A DNA stretch of 64,000 nt from Candidatus Poribacteria bacterium (GCA_965208675.1 OZ242351.1:3168001-3232000), one strand, 5' to 3'; positions 1-10,491 are shown, counted from the first letter of the stretch. The notes: generated by a model not told the origin, from the letters alone. Numbers and translations: made by a program.

Positions 1-16
1 TTCAATGTCCTCCCCC

Positions 17-60
17 AATCATAGCCCATCATTTAATCACAAAAATCACAGTTCAGACAA
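17..60. repeat. Dispersed ~43-bp intergenic repeat (AATC-rich, ends TTCAGACAA)
   Basis: AATCATAGCCCATCATTTAATCACAAAAATCACAGTTCAGACA recurs almost identically at 20127-20169; a related AATC(C)-periodic element ending TTCAGACAA lies at ~41084-41130. Confidence 0.75.
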
Positions 61-110
61 CACACCCGACCCGCGCCTACATTAGCTCCCACAAAGGACT
101 ACGTCGCTAA

Positions 111-764
111 TCAAGACACCCTACAAACCGCTCCCGAACCCGCATCACAATACCAGAAGCAATCATCCCAGCGGGTCATACCGTGCGGCTCTGGATACGG
201 CTCGGGTATTTCAATCCTGTCAACAATCGAACCGTCCTTGAGGCTCAACCGATAAAACGCCCGGTGATTTGTTTCTACGCACCAGAGGTCGTCGCCCTCC
301 CACGCAAGGCCGTGCGGACGGTCTCCCGGCGCCGGGATAGAATGCAGCACGGCAAGATTATTATCCGGATCTAACTGGTAAACCGCCGCAGAAGGCGGCA
401 CCGCCACCCATAACCTGCCGTCTCGCCATTCTAATCCGTGCGCCCCTGACCCCTGCGCGCCTGGTGTCGGATAGGCGGCAAGCGTCCTCCCGCTTGCCGG
501 GTCGGCTTTAAAAATTGCAGGTCCATCGGCTGCTATGCGCGTCGGCGTTAGAGTCGATGCAAGCCAAAGGTTCGTACCGTCCACCGTAATGCCGCTCCCG
601 TGCACGGAATCTGTGTCGATAGCTTTCAAAGCTTCCCCTGCATAGGAGACCAAGACGGCTTGATTCGAGACCTGATCCAGAAACCAAATCCCTCCTTCTG
701 TGGCTTGCATTCCATTTGGTTGGCGTCCCGGAAAGTCAAACATTTTCTCTATTTTAACTTCCAT
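111..764 (-). CDS. Cytoplasmic beta-propeller protein (glutaminyl cyclase/NHL/Vgb-like)
   Basis: 217 aa with repeated P.G.(H)G(L/M).W.G..LW blades (PNGMQ, GSGITVDG, AHGLEW, PHGLAW, PHGMTRW); no signal peptide. Confidence 0.6.
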   Translation of the reverse strand: MEVKIEKMFDFPGRQPNGMQATEGGIWFLDQVSNQAVLVSYAGEALKAIDTDSVHGSGITVDGTNLWLASTLTPTRIAADGPAIFKADPASGRTLAAYPTPGAQGSGAHGLEWRDGRLWVAVPPSAAVYQLDPDNNLAVLHSIPAPGDRPHGLAWEGDDLWCVETNHRAFYRLSLKDGSIVDRIEIPEPYPEPHGMTRWDDCFWYCDAGSGAVCRVS

Positions 765-809
765 AAAAACCCCTCATAACGACGCGCATCTGCCGTGTAA
801 TCTGACGTA

Positions 810-1838
810 CTAATCGAAGAGTTTTGACTTCGCTTCAATGATTTGTATCCGGCGTTGGGCTTCGGCTATCAAATCTTTTAAGGCGGCATTCTCGCTTGCA
901 AGACGGATAAACGACCTGTATTGGGCAATCGCTTCTGCATTGCGCCCCTGCCGCTCATAAATAAATCCAAGATTCGCGTATGTCTCTGCCAAGTTCGGGT
1001 TGATTTGAATCGCCTCCTTGTAGGCAGCAATCGCCTCGTCCCATCTGTTCAAATCCTCATAGGCATATCCGAGATTGTTGTGCGCCTCCGCGTAGTTTGG
1101 GTTGAGGCGGATGGCTGTCTTGTACGCCTCAACCGCGCCCTCGAATCTGCCCTGTTTACGATACACGATTCCCAGATTGGTATATGTTTCTGCGTAGTTC
1201 GGGTCAATCTCGATCGCCTTTTTGTATGCGGAAATAGCGCCGTCGAATTTGCCCTGTTGCTGATACACAATTCCTAGATTGGTGTGCAGCACCGGACTGA
1301 TCGGGTCAATTTGCACTGCCGTTGTGAACGCTGCTATCGCTGCTTCAAAATCGCCCTGTATTCCATACGCTTTTCCGAGGTTGTTATACGCCGCCGAAAA
1401 GTCTGCCTTGATACGGATTGCCGCTTTGAATTCAGGGATAGCCTTGTCAAGCTCCTCCATCTGCTGATAGACAATTCCCAGATTGTAGCGCACCGCTTCA
1501 TCGGTGGGATTGACCTCGACCGCCTTCTGCCATCTGGAGAGGACATCACTCAACGCTTTTTTTGCGTCGGGCGTGTCTATCCCCCCGAGCGCAAAAGCGG
1601 CGCCGCTCCGATTCAACGCCGCCTTATCATTCTGCAGCATATCTGTTAATGCCGGAACAGCCGCGTGAGCGAGTTCGCCCATCCCGCCCAAGGTAATCGC
1701 AGCGCGCCGCCGAACGGACGCATCCGCGGCGTCAAGCTGTTTAATCAGCGACGCTATTCGCGGTTCATCGGCGCCGAACAAGTTTATCGTGGTACCCAAA
1801 AGACATAAAAGCGCAAAAACACTCGTCCTGCGTCTCAC
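810..1838 (-). CDS. Secreted HEAT + TPR repeat protein
   Basis: Signal-like N-terminus, HEAT repeats (VRRRAAITLG, AVPALTDML), then about six TPRs (YxNLGxVY...A...Y..AI.I.P). Confidence 0.85.
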   Translation of the reverse strand: MRRRTSVFALLCLLGTTINLFGADEPRIASLIKQLDAADASVRRRAAITLGGMGELAHAAVPALTDMLQNDKAALNRSGAAFALGGIDTPDAKKALSDVLSRWQKAVEVNPTDEAVRYNLGIVYQQMEELDKAIPEFKAAIRIKADFSAAYNNLGKAYGIQGDFEAAIAAFTTAVQIDPISPVLHTNLGIVYQQQGKFDGAISAYKKAIEIDPNYAETYTNLGIVYRKQGRFEGAVEAYKTAIRLNPNYAEAHNNLGYAYEDLNRWDEAIAAYKEAIQINPNLAETYANLGFIYERQGRNAEAIAQYRSFIRLASENAALKDLIAEAQRRIQIIEAKSKLFD

Positions 1839-1969
1839 TGAAAATTTTTCCTATCAAGTCAGGAACAAATGAAAAGTTTGTATGCTTTAGAATGAATCTG
1901 CACACCCTACGGCAATATAGCCGTCAACCTTATGTTTGGGGTTCTCTACACGGCTATCACGCCAAATCT

Positions 1970-2968
1970 TTACCTAATTTTGTTATTTGCTACGTTCTCC
2001 TGCTTCAGCCAACCCCAAGTCAGTGCGTGCTTGCCGGCAGGTGATACGGAGAAAATCGTCACGAATTCAGGGTCGAACCACGCTGCGGCGCGGTTAAAGT
2101 TGCCTATCGTTGGAAGTTCTGTGCGATTTCCTTTTCCATCAGCATCTTGAATGATAATCTTCGCTACGCCGCCCCCGAACGTAGTCGTAGCAAGTTCTTT
2201 GCCGTCCGGTGACCACTCAGGGTCTCTACAACATCCGATTTTTATCTGGTTTTTGCCATTTGCGCCCATTACAAAGATTTCAGCATGCCCGGAGCGTTCC
2301 GTAATCCAAGCGATTTTTTCATTGTCCGGCGACCATGCAGGGTGCGAGTCCTTGGCGCGGTGATTGGTCAGATTTTGCAGGTTTTCTCCGTTCGCGTCCA
2401 TGAGGTGGAGGTCTCCAATCGTCTTACCCCGTTTCGAAGAGAAGGCAATCTTTCGAGCGTCCCGCGACCACGCGGGTTGGATGTCGGCGGCGGGGTCGTT
2501 AGTAATATTCTCAATGATTTGCCCTGCCGCGTTCATCGTATAGATTTCAAAGTTCCCGTCGCGGTTGGACGTGAAGGCTAGCTTCCCACCCCCAGGATGC
2601 CAGTTCGGCCAACTGTCTTCTGCGGCATCGTCGGTGAGCCGTTTCAACTTCATTCCATCCCCATTCACTACGTAGACATCAATGTTCTTCTTCGATTCAG
2701 TGTGGAATGCCAACCTTGTGCCGTCCGGCGACCACTCCAATCCCAACGGTTGCCCGTTAACCAACAGCAGTGCACGCTGATTGTTGCCGTCGGGGTTCAT
2801 CAACCAGATATTGCCCTCGTCCGCGTTAGTAGAGACCGCGAGGGTTGGATTGTTCGGTGCTTTCGACTCGGCGCGTGACAGGAACATCGCACCCATTAGT
2901 AAAAGCACAACTAAAATAATTCTCAAGATTTCTGTTTTCTGATTTTGGATAGTCCTCACCCCCTGCAA
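1970..2968 (-). CDS. Secreted TolB-like PD40 beta-propeller, paralog 1
   Basis: Signal peptide, WSPDG/PD40 blades (SNRDGNFEIY), C-terminal VSPAGKHALTWGWLK. No TolB N-terminal domain. Confidence 0.85.
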   Translation of the reverse strand: MQGVRTIQNQKTEILRIILVVLLLMGAMFLSRAESKAPNNPTLAVSTNADEGNIWLMNPDGNNQRALLLVNGQPLGLEWSPDGTRLAFHTESKKNIDVYVVNGDGMKLKRLTDDAAEDSWPNWHPGGGKLAFTSNRDGNFEIYTMNAAGQIIENITNDPAADIQPAWSRDARKIAFSSKRGKTIGDLHLMDANGENLQNLTNHRAKDSHPAWSPDNEKIAWITERSGHAEIFVMGANGKNQIKIGCCRDPEWSPDGKELATTTFGGGVAKIIIQDADGKGNRTELPTIGNFNRAAAWFDPEFVTIFSVSPAGKHALTWGWLKQENVANNKIR

Positions 2969-3030
2969 TACCAGAGATAAGATAGTTCTCTCAAATCAAA
3001 TCGGGCGGCAATTGAAAAATTTGGTATAGT

Positions 3031-4008
3031 TTATTGTTCGTTACGCGCCGCCTTCTTCAACCAGCCCCAAGTCAGTGCCTGCTTCTCGGCAGGCGACACT
3101 GAGAATACCGTCACAAAATCAGGGTCAAACCACGCGGGCGCACGGCTGACATTGCTGACCCCCGGTAGTTCCAGCTGAGGTCCTTTTCCGTCCGCATCCC
3201 GGATGAAAATCCTTGAACCGCCCCCAAATGTTGCGCCGGCAATCTTTTCTCCGTCCGGAGACCACTCCGGATCGCGGCAACACGCGATGGGTACCTGATT
3301 TGCACCATCGGCAGCATCCATCGCATAGATGTTGGCAGCACCCGTTCGGTTCGAGATAAACGCAATCTTCCGCTCATCCGGCGACCATGCGGCATGGGTA
3401 TTCGCCGAGCGGTTATTCGTCAGATTTCGCAGGTTCTCCCCGTTCGGGTCCATGACGTAAATGTCCCCAAGCGACCTCCCTCGTTTCGACGTAAACGCCA
3501 TTTTTCGTCCGTCCGGCGACCACGCGGGATCGGTGTCCTTTACCGCGTCGTTCGTAAGGTTCTTCAGCGCCTGGCCCCCATCCGTCATCGTGTAGATTTC
3601 AAAGTTCCCGTCCCGATTGGTCGTGAAGGCAATCGTTTTGCCGCTGGGATGCCAGCTCGGTCGGCTGTCTTCCGCTGCATCGTCGGTGAGCCGTTTAAGG
3701 TTTTTCCCGTTGGCATTCACCACATAGACATCAATGTTCTTCCTCACTTCGGTATGGAACGCAAGCCTCCGCCCGTCTGGCGACCATTCCAGACCCAACG
3801 GCAGTGGATTAGCGTCAATCGCCAACAGCGGGCGGACATCTTCACCTTCCAAATTCATCAACCAGATAATCGCACCCTCGCCTACACTGGAAACCGCAAG
3901 CGTTGGCTTCTTAGGCGCTTGCGCATGGACGTGCGTCAAAAGTACGCCATTGATAAAAAGAAACACGACAACAGACACAACACAACGCCGAATTTTCTGA
4001 ATTTGCAT
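3031..4008 (-). CDS. Secreted TolB-like PD40 beta-propeller, paralog 2
   Basis: Signal peptide ending VHA-Q, PD40 repeats, C-terminal VSPAEKQALTWGWLK. Confidence 0.85.
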   Translation of the reverse strand: MQIQKIRRCVVSVVVFLFINGVLLTHVHAQAPKKPTLAVSSVGEGAIIWLMNLEGEDVRPLLAIDANPLPLGLEWSPDGRRLAFHTEVRKNIDVYVVNANGKNLKRLTDDAAEDSRPSWHPSGKTIAFTTNRDGNFEIYTMTDGGQALKNLTNDAVKDTDPAWSPDGRKMAFTSKRGRSLGDIYVMDPNGENLRNLTNNRSANTHAAWSPDERKIAFISNRTGAANIYAMDAADGANQVPIACCRDPEWSPDGEKIAGATFGGGSRIFIRDADGKGPQLELPGVSNVSRAPAWFDPDFVTVFSVSPAEKQALTWGWLKKAARNEQ

Positions 4009-4075
4009 AAATTGCTACCTCACTGTTTGATATCCGGAATCTGACTGATGGTTAAAACTCCAATACCAAAGCGTA

Positions 4076-5149
4076 TTAGTCATCGCCGCCAACCTGCTTA
4101 ATCCAACCCCACGTCAATACTTGTTTGTCAACAGGTGCAACCGAGAATTCAACCACCAACTTCGGATCGAACCACGCCGGCGAGCGGTTCTGCAAGCCGA
4201 TGTTTGGGAGATCATTCCAGTTCAGATTGCCGGTCGCCGGGTGGATACGGATGTTCGCTTGGCCGCCGCCGAGCGCCGCCGCGGCAATGTGTTTCCCGTC
4301 CGGCGACCAACTCGCCTCCCTGTTGGGGAAACCGCCCGCCTTTGGGTCTTGAAGATCGCTAATCTTCAATAAATTCCCGCCGTCCGCGGCATCCATCGTC
4401 CAAATCTCATCATTGCCGCTTCGACGAGACGTCCAAGCAATCATTTTGTTGTCCCACGACCATGTCGGTTGGATATCTTCGCCTCGAACATCAGTAAGGT
4501 TCTGCAGAATCTCCCCTTCACCATCCATAAGGTAGATGTCTCCAAGGGATTTGCCTCGTTTCGATGCAAAGGCAATCTGCCGCCCGTTTCGCGACCATGC
4601 CGGATACTGGTCCTTGGCTGGATCGTTCGTCAGGTTACCCAAAATGTCACCCCGCATATTCATCGTGTAAATCTCATAATTCCCGTCACGATTAGTTTGG
4701 AATGCCATCCTTAGGCCGCTAGGATGCCAGGTGGGCCAACTGTCTTCCGCCTCGTGGTTGGTAAGTTTTTCGAGATTTTCGCCGTTGGCATCCACCACGT
4801 AGATATCAATGTTGTCTTCCAATTTGGTGAAGAACGCAATTTGGTTGCCGTCCGGAGACCATTGCAAGCCCGAGGGTATCGGGTCTCCGTCAATTTCTAG
4901 AATGAATCGCGGGTTCTTCCCATCGGGGCTGCGCATCCATATACCTACCCCTTCACCCGCATTAGTCGTGAGTGCGATGACTTCCCTCGCGGGCGCTTTT
5001 GCACCCGCCCCCACAACTAATACTGCGTTGCTCAATACCAACATCCCCAAGAACCAGACACACATCAACACTATTCGATTTTGCACCGTAATCACCTCAT
5101 TGATTAAAGGTTTATGCGTAACCGCGTTTAAGAATGTGAGGTCTCGCAT
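4076..5149 (-). CDS. Secreted TolB-like PD40 beta-propeller, paralog 3 (true start probably ~20 codons downstream)
   Basis: PD40 repeats, C-terminal VAPVDKQVLTWGWIK; a GAGGTG SD-like sequence precedes the VQNRIV codons. Confidence 0.85.
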   Translation of the reverse strand: MRDLTFLNAVTHKPLINEVITVQNRIVLMCVWFLGMLVLSNAVLVVGAGAKAPAREVIALTTNAGEGVGIWMRSPDGKNPRFILEIDGDPIPSGLQWSPDGNQIAFFTKLEDNIDIYVVDANGENLEKLTNHEAEDSWPTWHPSGLRMAFQTNRDGNYEIYTMNMRGDILGNLTNDPAKDQYPAWSRNGRQIAFASKRGKSLGDIYLMDGEGEILQNLTDVRGEDIQPTWSWDNKMIAWTSRRSGNDEIWTMDAADGGNLLKISDLQDPKAGGFPNREASWSPDGKHIAAAALGGGQANIRIHPATGNLNWNDLPNIGLQNRSPAWFDPKLVVEFSVAPVDKQVLTWGWIKQVGGDD

Positions 5150-5163
5150 ATCAATCTAGCAAG

Positions 5164-6165
5164 TCAATCATCTTGCACTATTTGCTTTACCCATCCCCAC
5201 GTCATAGGACGTTTCTCAACTGGCGTAACGGAGAACTCAACTACGAATTTCGGATCGAACCACGCTGGGGAACGGTCTTGGGCGCCGATTGCCTGCAGGT
5301 CCATCCAATTCAGGTTGCCCTTTGCCGAATGCACGCGAATAGTCGCGCTGCCGCCCCCAAGTGCCGCCGAAGCGATGAGTTTGCCATCCGGCGACCAAGA
5401 GGGTTCCCGAACTCGAAAGCCTGCCGCTTTAGGATCTTGGAGATCGCTAATCTGCCTGACATTCGCGCCGTCCGCGTCCATCGCCCAAATTTCTGCTGCG
5501 CCATTTCGAGCAGAGGTCCACGCAATCTGCTTGCCGTCCCAAGACCACCTAGGTTGAAAATCTTCACCCCGAACGTTCGTGAGATTTTCCAAAATCTCGC
5601 CATTCTGGCTCATCAGGAATATATCTCCCAGCGTCTTCCCGCGTTTGGAGGCAAACGCTATCCGTCGAGCGTCCGGCGACCACGCCGGATAGTGGTCCTT
5701 GACCGCGTCATTGGTCAGGTTGTCCAGAATATCCCCGCGTGACGTCATTGTGTAAATCTCAAGATTGCCGTCACGGTTGGTGTGGAAAGCTATCTTCTGC
5801 CCGCTGGGGTGCCATGTGGGCCAGCTATCCTCTGACTCGTGTTCCGTGAGCCTACGAAGGTTTTCTCCGTCGCCGTTCACCACGTAAATATCGACGTTTT
5901 TATCTAACTCCGTGTGAAATGCTATCTTTGTTCCGTCCGGAGACCACACCAAACCCGACGGCATAGGATTACCGTCAATCGGCAAAATGAGGCGTGCGCC
6001 ACCTCCGTTATCATTCATCAGCCAGATGCCCACGTCGCCATCACTTGCAACCGCAATGGTCGACCGATTCGGCGCTTGTGCTTCTACGTCCATCGCAAGC
6101 ACCGTGCTGTACAAGAGCGGAAGACAGAAACAAATTACACGTGATAATGTTTTTTGTATTTCCAT
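5164..6165 (-). CDS. Secreted TolB-like PD40 beta-propeller, paralog 4
   Basis: GGAGG SD upstream, signal peptide ending VEA-Q, PD40 repeats, C-terminal VTPVEKRPMTWGWVK. Confidence 0.85.
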   Translation of the reverse strand: MEIQKTLSRVICFCLPLLYSTVLAMDVEAQAPNRSTIAVASDGDVGIWLMNDNGGGARLILPIDGNPMPSGLVWSPDGTKIAFHTELDKNVDIYVVNGDGENLRRLTEHESEDSWPTWHPSGQKIAFHTNRDGNLEIYTMTSRGDILDNLTNDAVKDHYPAWSPDARRIAFASKRGKTLGDIFLMSQNGEILENLTNVRGEDFQPRWSWDGKQIAWTSARNGAAEIWAMDADGANVRQISDLQDPKAAGFRVREPSWSPDGKLIASAALGGGSATIRVHSAKGNLNWMDLQAIGAQDRSPAWFDPKFVVEFSVTPVEKRPMTWGWVKQIVQDD

Positions 6166-6291
6166 AGCTTACAACCTCCCAACGAAAGCGTGCGTGTACG
6201 AAAGAATATGTGATGCCGCTATCTCTACACCGCTGCCCATTATATCCAAATCGGTTTTCAACTGAAAATGAATATAGGTAGTTAGTATTCG

Positions 6292-7362
6292 TTATCGTCC
6301 TGCCAGCTTCAACCAGCCCCAGGTCAAAGGCTGTTTCTCCGCCGCGGAGACGGAAAATGCACCCACGAAGGCCGGATCAAACCAAGCCGGCGACCTATCT
6401 TCACCGCCCACCGCCGGTAAATCTTGCCACTCCAGATTGCCATCCGAAGGATGGATTCGGATGTTAATTACTCCTCCCTGTCCAAACGCCGTCGAGGCAA
6501 TACGTCCGCCGTCAGGCGCCCACGTAACATCCCTATTTCTCACTCCCGGCGCTCTGGGGTCCTGGAGGTCGCTAATCTTCATCGGATTCGCTCCATCCGC
6601 CTCCATTGACCAAATCTCCCCAGCACCGTTACGGCGAGAGGTCCACGCAATTCGATTCCCGTCCCGCGACCACTTGGGTTGAATATCTTCGCCGCGAACG
6701 TTGGTGAGATTTCGTACGTTCTCACCGCTCGAATCCATCACAAAGATGTCCCCAAGAGTCTTCCCCCGTTTGGAAGCGAAGGCTATCGTTCTACCATCTG
6801 GCGACCACGAGGGGTACTGGTCTTGCACCGAGTCGTTCGTGATATTTTCCAATGCCTCTCCCGCCGATGTCATTGCATAGATTTCAAGGTTCCCATCGCG
6901 TTTCGTGGAAAAGGCAAGCCTTTCCCCTTCCGGGTGCCAAGCCGCCCAGCTATCTTCTCCCGGATGGTCCGTCAGTCTCTTGAGATTTTCCCCGCCGGCG
7001 TCTACAACGTAGACATCAATGTTCCCTTCTAATTCGGCATGGAACGCAATCTGTTTCCCGTTGAATGACCAAGTTAAGCCCGACGGCAGCGAGTCCTCTC
7101 CAACCTCTAAAACCAACCGAGGATTCTCTCCTTCGGGGGTCATAAACCAGATGCCTACCCCTTTCCTCACGTCCGTAGCAAACGCAATTGTCGGCTCGTC
7201 CGGCACCTCAGCCGGCGCGTTCCCGATGAGTATCGCACTCAGTAGTAGTAACAGCCAGACCGAATACACCGCACACATCAAAAATTTCTGAATGCACATC
7301 CTGTGGTCCCTTTTGTGGTATTGAAAATTCGCGGTGTGTGTCAGCGCGTCATTCCGCCGCAC
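6292..7362 (-). CDS. Secreted TolB-like PD40 beta-propeller, paralog 5 (start likely at MCIQKF)
   Basis: PD40 repeats, C-terminal VSAAEKQPLTWGWLK. Confidence 0.85.
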   Translation of the reverse strand: MRRNDALTHTANFQYHKRDHRMCIQKFLMCAVYSVWLLLLLSAILIGNAPAEVPDEPTIAFATDVRKGVGIWFMTPEGENPRLVLEVGEDSLPSGLTWSFNGKQIAFHAELEGNIDVYVVDAGGENLKRLTDHPGEDSWAAWHPEGERLAFSTKRDGNLEIYAMTSAGEALENITNDSVQDQYPSWSPDGRTIAFASKRGKTLGDIFVMDSSGENVRNLTNVRGEDIQPKWSRDGNRIAWTSRRNGAGEIWSMEADGANPMKISDLQDPRAPGVRNRDVTWAPDGGRIASTAFGQGGVINIRIHPSDGNLEWQDLPAVGGEDRSPAWFDPAFVGAFSVSAAEKQPLTWGWLKLAGR

Positions 7363-7375
7363 ACACAGTCCATTG

Positions 7376-8404
7376 TTAATTGTCCAATCGCACCTGTTTC
7401 ACCCATCCCCAACTCAAGAGCCGCGCCTTGATAGGCGTCACGGAAAACTCCGGAATAAACCCAGGGTCGAACCAAGCTGGAGACCGATTCGGGAAACCGA
7501 TGTCCGGTATCTCTTTCCAGTCGCCTTCTCCGTTGGGGTTGCTAGTAAAAACTACAGCCCTGCCGCCGCCAAAACCCACACCCGCGACCCTTCTGCCATC
7601 TGGTGACCACTCAGGATCACGCTTCACTCCCGCATAACCGATTAGCTCGACTATGTTCCCGCCATCCGCAGCATCCATCACGAAGAGTTGACCGTTCCCC
7701 GGCCGAAAAGAGATCCATGCTATCTTCTCATTATCCGGAGACCACGCAGGTTGGCTGTCTTCCGCTTTATGATTGGTGAGATTGGTCAGGTTTTGACCAT
7801 CGACGTCCATGGTGTAGACATCTCCCAGCGTCCGCCCGCGCTTCGAGCTAAACGCAAGCTTACGGCCGTCCCGCGTCCACGCCGGATGGAGATCGTTGGC
7901 AGGGTCATCTACAAGTTTCTTCTGGATAACTCCATTCGGCGTCATCGTGTAGATGTCAAAATTTCCGTCACGGTTTGTTGAAAATGCAATACGTTGACCG
8001 CTAGGATGCCAGTCGGGCCACGCGTCCTCCGCCTCGTGGTCGGTGAGTCTTTTGAGGTTCGCCCCATCGCCGTCGACAATGTAGATATCAGTGTTCAACT
8101 TCAGATGTGTATGAAAAACCAGTTTTTCGCCGTCCGGCGACCAGTTCAAACTCAAGGGAACTGGATCGCCGCCAACTTCAAGGATAGGGCGTTGATTTTC
8201 CCCATCAGTATCCATCACCCAAATATTCCCGCCCGCTGCATCGCTAGAGACCGCAATGGTCGGGTTTTTGGGCGCCTGTGCCTCAACACTCACGATGCAC
8301 CCTATTCCAATCAAAATGAACATACCGATGTACAGGACATATAGCTTCCGTAATTGCATAGCCGATAACCCCCTTCCGGTACGATTACGGATTATTCTTC
8401 GCAT
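7376..8404 (-). CDS. Secreted TolB-like PD40 beta-propeller, paralog 6 (start likely at MQLRKL)
   Basis: PD40 repeats, C-terminal VTPIKARLLSWGWVK. Confidence 0.85.
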   Translation of the reverse strand: MRRIIRNRTGRGLSAMQLRKLYVLYIGMFILIGIGCIVSVEAQAPKNPTIAVSSDAAGGNIWVMDTDGENQRPILEVGGDPVPLSLNWSPDGEKLVFHTHLKLNTDIYIVDGDGANLKRLTDHEAEDAWPDWHPSGQRIAFSTNRDGNFDIYTMTPNGVIQKKLVDDPANDLHPAWTRDGRKLAFSSKRGRTLGDVYTMDVDGQNLTNLTNHKAEDSQPAWSPDNEKIAWISFRPGNGQLFVMDAADGGNIVELIGYAGVKRDPEWSPDGRRVAGVGFGGGRAVVFTSNPNGEGDWKEIPDIGFPNRSPAWFDPGFIPEFSVTPIKARLLSWGWVKQVRLDN

Positions 8405-8481
8405 CGTTAATCGAATCGCTCCGTTTGTGGAAAGGTTTCACATACTTACCGTCACACTTTGCTTCAAAATATGCGCCGAAT

Positions 8482-9327
8482 TTATGCAAGCCCCGTCAGT
8501 TTTTCGCTTAGCTCCCAAAGCCCCTTCTGTAGTTGCGTATCTTTAAATTTGGGCGGTATCGCTTTGAGCTTCTTTTTGTCAAAATATCCGCCGGTAACCC
8601 CTTGAACCTCATCGGAACTCGCCAAATAGATACTGGTCTGCGCGGCCTCTTCCGGGGAATGGGTAAACCTTTTCATGATTTTACTCATCAAGGGTTGGTA
8701 CCACTTCTGCGGATGCACATTCCAAATTCCAGTAGAGGCCTGGCCCGGATGCAATGCGTTTGCCGTGACGCGTGTATCTTTCAAACGCTCCGCAATTTCC
8801 ATGGTGAACAGAACAACAGCCAGTTTGGAAGTCGCATACGCCTTGAAACTCTTATACTTCCTTTGGAAATGTGGATCGTCAAAGTCAATTTTGCCCTGAA
8901 CATACGCATTGGACGCAACGTTCACAATGCGCGCTTCGGGTGCTTGTTTGAGCATTGGCAGTAGCAAATTCGTAAGGAGAAATGGACCCAGATAGTTAAC
9001 TCCCATGGTCGCTTCACATCCATCCGGAGTCTCTTCCCTTTCAGGGCGAAAGATGCCCGCATTATTTATTAACACGTGCAAATGGCTATATCTCTGCGAT
9101 AATTCATCGGCGAACTCACGAATGGAAGCGAGCGATGCCAAATCAACCTGCATCATCTCAACCTTCGTGTTCCCGCTTTCCAGTTTAATCGATTGGTACA
9201 CAGGTCGAGCATCGTTTAGATCGATGCATGCCATGACAATGGCCGCACCTTTTTTAGCGAGAGCTTTGGTAATTTCTCTCCCAATTCCGCCGTCAGCGCC
9301 GGTAATCAGTACCGTTTTTCCTTCCAT
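8482..9327 (-). CDS. Short-chain dehydrogenase/reductase (retinol dehydrogenase-like)
   Basis: TGADGGIG Rossmann motif, NNAG, catalytic YATSK, C-terminal LWELSEKL typical of RDH12/WWOX-like SDRs. Confidence 0.9.
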   Translation of the reverse strand: MEGKTVLITGADGGIGREITKALAKKGAAIVMACIDLNDARPVYQSIKLESGNTKVEMMQVDLASLASIREFADELSQRYSHLHVLINNAGIFRPEREETPDGCEATMGVNYLGPFLLTNLLLPMLKQAPEARIVNVASNAYVQGKIDFDDPHFQRKYKSFKAYATSKLAVVLFTMEIAERLKDTRVTANALHPGQASTGIWNVHPQKWYQPLMSKIMKRFTHSPEEAAQTSIYLASSDEVQGVTGGYFDKKKLKAIPPKFKDTQLQKGLWELSEKLTGLA

Positions 9328-9417
9328 CGTTTGCGTGCTTTCTGAAATGAGTTAGTTGAACATCTCCTGCGTAATGCTGTCGATCAACGCGCGCATCGTT
9401 TATCATACGGCAAATTG

Positions 9418-10491
9418 TCAATTACCATGAACTACCCGCTTTATCCAGCTCCAAGTTAAAATGCGCTTAGCCGCAGGGGAAACGGCGAACGCGCCGATGA
9501 AATCAGGGTCGAACCATGCAGGTGACCGAGTTCGTGTACCAATCTGCAACCGCCCTTGCTCTGCTTCATCAGCCCCGGCGATAGCCAAGATAATGAAACT
9601 ATCCCCGCCCCCAGCCGTCACGTAAGCAACCATCTCCCCATCGGGAGACCAAGTAGGCTCAAGTTCCTCCCAATGGTCACGAGGCGCGGCAAAGGCATTG
9701 AGTTTCGCAGCATTCCCGCCGTCGGCGTCCATTAGAAAAATATCACCCGTTCCATCGCGGTGAGATGTCCAGAGAATTTGCGAGCCATCCGGCGACCACT
9801 TGGGTTGCGTATCTAGAGCGCGATGATTGGTGAGATTACGCAAGTCTTCACCATTGGCATCCATCACGAAAAGATCGCCGAGGGTTTTCCCTCGCTTAGA
9901 AGAGAAGACAATGCTTCGGCCATCCGGCGACCAAGCGGGGTCAATGTCGATGACAGGGTCATTTGTTAGGTTTTCGATGCCTTCACCCTCCGCCGTCATC
10001 ACGTAAATTTCAAAATTGCCGTCCCGGTCAGACGTGAAGATAATTCGCTGGTTGCCGGGGTGCCATTGAGGCCAACTGTCTTCTGCAGGCGCTTCGGTGA
10101 GCTGTTTGAGATTCCGCCCATCGGCGTTCATCACATAGATGTCAACATTTCCATTTACTTCGGTGTGAAACGCCAGTTTTCGGCCATCCGGCGACCACGC
10201 CAATCCTAGCGGCAACGGGTTTCCACTTATATCTAGAATGGCGCGTTGGTCCGCTCCATCAGGGGCAATCAACCAAATCGTGCCTCCCTCGCGCGGGTCA
10301 GCGGAAACCGCGATAGTCGGTTTGTCGGGCGCTTTCTGTGCTAGCGCAATCGCCGGCAGGATGATGGTCGCCAAGAAAACCAGACCGGCGCATACTTTCC
10401 GCATGGTCGAATTTCGGAGGTCTTGCATCTGCGCATTCCCTATCTCGCCCGCGCTAGCCCAACGCCAAAAAGCCTCACCTTCCCGCCGCAC
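9418..10491 (-). CDS. Secreted TolB-like PD40 beta-propeller, paralog 7 (start likely at MQDLR or MRKVC)
   Basis: PD40 repeats, C-terminal VSPAAKRILTWSWIK. Confidence 0.85.
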   Translation of the reverse strand: MRREGEAFWRWASAGEIGNAQMQDLRNSTMRKVCAGLVFLATIILPAIALAQKAPDKPTIAVSADPREGGTIWLIAPDGADQRAILDISGNPLPLGLAWSPDGRKLAFHTEVNGNVDIYVMNADGRNLKQLTEAPAEDSWPQWHPGNQRIIFTSDRDGNFEIYVMTAEGEGIENLTNDPVIDIDPAWSPDGRSIVFSSKRGKTLGDLFVMDANGEDLRNLTNHRALDTQPKWSPDGSQILWTSHRDGTGDIFLMDADGGNAAKLNAFAAPRDHWEELEPTWSPDGEMVAYVTAGGGDSFIILAIAGADEAEQGRLQIGTRTRSPAWFDPDFIGAFAVSPAAKRILTWSWIKRVVHGN

